DNA of 64,000 nucleotides from Pseudomonadota bacterium (GTDB lineage Bacteria; Pseudomonadota; Gammaproteobacteria; Burkholderiales; JAKAFK01): NCBI GenBank assembly GCA_021817985.1, contig JAKAFK010000001.1, positions 8,523 to 72,522 of the forward strand, read 5' to 3'. Shown piece by piece: positions 61,719 to 64,000 of this stretch (position 1 is its first letter; each line of letters starts with the position of its first letter). The notes under the pieces were generated by a model. It saw only the letters and a program-made list of their open reading frames with translations, ran no database searches and was not told where the DNA came from. The position numbers and the translations under genes were made by a program.

Positions 61719-61991
61719 CTATGGCAATTGCCGCGCCGTGTGCAGCACGCGCAGGATTTCCAGCTGTGTCGCGGCCAGTCGGTAGACGATCACGTAACGC
61801 GGATGAATGACCCATTCCCGGGTACCCCGCATGCGTCCAGGCCGGCCGGACTTGGGCTGGCTCGTCAGGAGTGCGGCCTTCTGCTCGATTGACTCGTCGA
61901 ATTCCAGCGCGGCCACCGAGTTGTCTTGAGCGATGAAGTCAAAAATCCCTTCGCGGTCGGCAATGGCCTGGCGCTTCCATTCCAGTTTCAA
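61719..61991 (-). CDS. ParE/RelE-superfamily type II toxin
   Basis: 90 aa. MKLEWKRQAIADREGIFDFIAQDN...REWVIHPRYVIVYRL..TQLEILRVLHTAR is the typical ParE pattern. 4-nt overlap with the upstream ORF. Confidence 0.85.
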   Translation of the reverse strand: MKLEWKRQAIADREGIFDFIAQDNSVAALEFDESIEQKAALLTSQPKSGRPGRMRGTREWVIHPRYVIVYRLAATQLEILRVLHTARQLP

Positions 61992-62485
61992 GCCGGGCCC
62001 CGTTCACCCTTGATCTGCTTCCGCAACGCGGCGCGCTTGGCGGCGAAGTGCGCCTTGGCCTCCGCGTCCGGAATCGTTGGGGCTGGATCGTCCAGGGCCT
62101 CCTGGACCTGCTCCCGGAACCACTTGTCATAGGCGGCGGCCTCGTGGGCGGCCTTGAGGGCGGCGGCGCGATCCGGCCGACTGGCCCGTTTCTTGAGGCC
62201 GGTGAAGCGGCTCTCGTCGACGTCGAAGCGGCGGATGCCGATCCCGCGCAGGTACTTCGCGGCAGCATCGAGGGACAGGAACTCGCGCTCCTTGACGCCA
62301 CCCTGGCGGGTGCGGGCACCGACCACTTTTTCGGCCATGCCGTACTTGACGGTGACGAAATAGGCCCCGTCCTCGCCGATGACGAGGGCGCTGCAGATGG
62401 CATTGGCCGCGACCAGTTCCTTGAGCGCCACAGGGCTGATGATCTCGCGCACGGTATGGGTAGTCTCAACATCAATTAACGACAA
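61988..62485 (-). CDS. Putative cognate antitoxin, unusually long (165 aa; start uncertain, ORF-track start is TTG)
   Basis: The C-terminal ..YDKWFREQVQEALDDPAPTIPDAEAKAHF.. resembles the toxin-neutralising tails of ParD/RHH-type antitoxins. The ~95-aa N-terminal domain is not a recognisable RHH. Confidence 0.6.
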   Translation of the reverse strand: MSLIDVETTHTVREIISPVALKELVAANAICSALVIGEDGAYFVTVKYGMAEKVVGARTRQGGVKEREFLSLDAAAKYLRGIGIRRFDVDESRFTGLKKRASRPDRAAALKAAHEAAAYDKWFREQVQEALDDPAPTIPDAEAKAHFAAKRAALRKQIKGERGPA

Positions 62486-62502
62486 TCACAATAATTGTAA
62501 TC

Positions 62503-62745
62503 GTGACTGATGGCGACAATCAAGAAGCCTGGCTTCTTGTCATATCACCCGTTGTACGCGCAATGGTCGTGATCGTGCTTTGGACAGGTGACGAGCGCCG
62601 CTACGCGACCCGCGCGGAGGCGGAAGCCTCCATCCGGGAATCCATCGAGGTCTTTTACAATCGCCAGCGGCGCCATTCGCGCCTTGGCTACGAGGCACCG
62701 GCCGTGTTTGCGCAAGAATTCAGCGCTCAACAGGCCGTTGCTTGA
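62503..62745 (+). pseudogene. IS3-family transposase C-terminal fragment
   Basis: ..YATRAEAEASIRESIEVFYNRQRRHSRLGYEAPAVFAQEF.. is the conserved tail of IS3 OrfB (rve domain end). The upstream part of the gene is absent. Confidence 0.75.
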
Positions 62746-62789
62746 GACGGGAGTGTCCGTTATGGACAGGATACATCGACATGCGGTGG

Positions 62790-64000
62790 TCAAGCGCCTT
62801 CGGACGCCTTGTCGAGCCGGATTTCTGGCCGAATGTCGAATGCGAGCTGCCCATGCGCTGCGCGCAAGGCGGCCTCCGCGCCCTCAGGCCGGTCGCCTCG
62901 CGAGAAAATGAAGCCAAGGTAGCTGGAGCCTTCCGGTGCGGGACTGACACGCTGGCCGGGCAGCGCCGTGATCTCAATGCCTTCCACGCCTGGAACGCGG
63001 CGGGCCGCTTCGAGATTCTGCACGCCACGGTATATGCCGCGGCATGGAATGGGAATCATCATGACGCCTGCTGCAACCGCTGCCGCATGGTCAGGAATCG
63101 GCCAATCGAGTGCAGCGCGCAGGATCAATTCCTCGAGACTCATGCCGAGCGCATGGCGCAGGATCCTGCCGCATAAGCCGCCGATGGAGCGTGCCGCGAT
63201 TTCGAGAAGAAAAACGCCTTCCGAATTCAGCCGCATCTCGGCATGCACAGGCCCCTCGGTGAGGCCTGCTTGCGCGCATGCCCGCTGTACGCTCTCGGCG
63301 ACCCGCTTCTGGTCCGCCATGGGCAGGCGCGAGGGCGTGACGTAGAGAGTCTCCTCGAAGTAGGGTCCATCGAGTGGATCCGGCTTGTCGAAAAGAGCCA
63401 ATACCCGAAGCTCGCCGCGTTTCAGGAGTCCTTCCAGCGCATACTCGCGCCCGGGTATGAACCGCTCCACGAGCAAGCCCAGCTGCTGATCGTCACGCGC
63501 GGCGTCGGCCTGAATGCGCCTCGCCTGCCCCACCGCCCGCAAAAACGCCTCTGGCGAGTCGGCACGGACGACGCCGCGACTCGTGGATAGCCGACGCGGC
63601 TTGACCACCACGGGAAACTCAAGGGCGGCCGCCAAGTCGGCCGGATTCTGCCCCTCCGCCAGCACCTGCACCTCCGGGCAGCAAAAACCGCCCTGCGCCA
63701 ACAGTTTGCGGAACAGATACTTGTCGCGAGTCACCCGAATGGCGTCCGGCGCATTTCCCGGCAACCCATAGTGCGCTCGCAGGCAGGCGGCCAGTTCCAG
63801 GCCATGGTCGTCGGCGGCCAGGACCGCATCGGGGCGCCCCTTGAGCGCTCGCAGGACCCTCGGGAGCGCAGCGAGCGGCCGATCGAAAGGCACCGAAGCC
63901 AAAGGAGGAAGGCCCCAGAACGGCGCCAGCGCCCGGCAGTAATCGGAAACAGTGATGACTTCCACGCCAAGACGCTTCCCGGCCGCCAAAAACTCGCTGT
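62790..64000 (-). CDS. ATP-grasp domain protein (5' end beyond the window)
   Basis: ATP-grasp layout (..FPVVVKPRRLSTSRGV..LVERFIPGREYALEG..GPVHAEMRL..FLLEIAARSIGG). The frame stays open to the window edge and the residues before the track's TTG (..SEF) continue the pre-ATP-grasp domain. Confidence 0.75.
   Translation of the reverse strand, partial: SEFLAAGKRLGVEVITVSDYCRALAPFWGLPPLASVPFDRPLAALPRVLRALKGRPDAVLAADDHGLELAACLRAHYGLPGNAPDAIRVTRDKYLFRKLLAQGGFCCPEVQVLAEGQNPADLAAALEFPVVVKPRRLSTSRGVVRADSPEAFLRAVGQARRIQADAARDDQQLGLLVERFIPGREYALEGLLKRGELRVLALFDKPDPLDGPYFEETLYVTPSRLPMADQKRVAESVQRACAQAGLTEGPVHAEMRLNSEGVFLLEIAARSIGGLCGRILRHALGMSLEELILRAALDWPIPDHAAAVAAGVMMIPIPCRGIYRGVQNLEAARRVPGVEGIEITALPGQRVSPAPEGSSYLGFIFSRGDRPEGAEAALRAAHGQLAFDIRPEIRLDKASEGA

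Overview
High-GC proteobacterial chromosome segment. The gene content and the pfp-hppA adjacency suggest a Methylococcus-like gammaproteobacterial methanotroph, but that is inference only. Positions 1-54.2 kb are core genome. They hold a pyrophosphate-centred cluster (ppa, hppA, small ORF, pfp), then adk, an LPS/ExbBD block (kdsB, ycaR-like, lpxK, a divergent WaaA-like gene, exbD, exbB), a GST and xseA. Next come two PEP-CTERM exoproteins, one with a candidate sigma-54 promoter, followed by miaA-mutL, amiC-tsaE, queG, murI, a rhodanese, a decayed serine-hydrolase gene, rlmM and slyD. A large glycogen / oxidative pentose phosphate supercluster follows: three GH57 paralogs, glgC, glgB, pgi, two glgA, glgP, zwf-pgl-gnd. 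It is interleaved with orn, an M48 peptidase, phhB and rsgA. Positions ~54.2-62.8 kb are an accessory island with visibly lower GC. Its main content is what I read as a degenerate chromosomal integron. Five ~62-70 nt imperfect palindromes with RYYYAAC...GTTRRRY ends (attC-like) each follow a minus-strand ORF. The head of the array carries a frameshifted, truncated intI-like stub on the opposite strand. One cassette is split by an intact IS5-family element with a CTAG target duplication. The cassettes encode orphan proteins: an FRG-domain protein, a coiled-coil protein, a 233-aa orphan and a small barrel-like protein. These are the best place in this window to look for an undescribed (possibly anti-phage) function. 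The island also carries an IS1595 transposase pseudogene, a decayed tyrosine recombinase, a ParE-type toxin with an unusually long antitoxin, and an IS3 fragment. I recognised no rRNA genes, tRNA genes or CRISPR arrays. The ORF track uses GTG/TTG starts and many listed ORFs are GC-rich antisense shadows, so I trimmed starts by eye where homology and RBS allowed.
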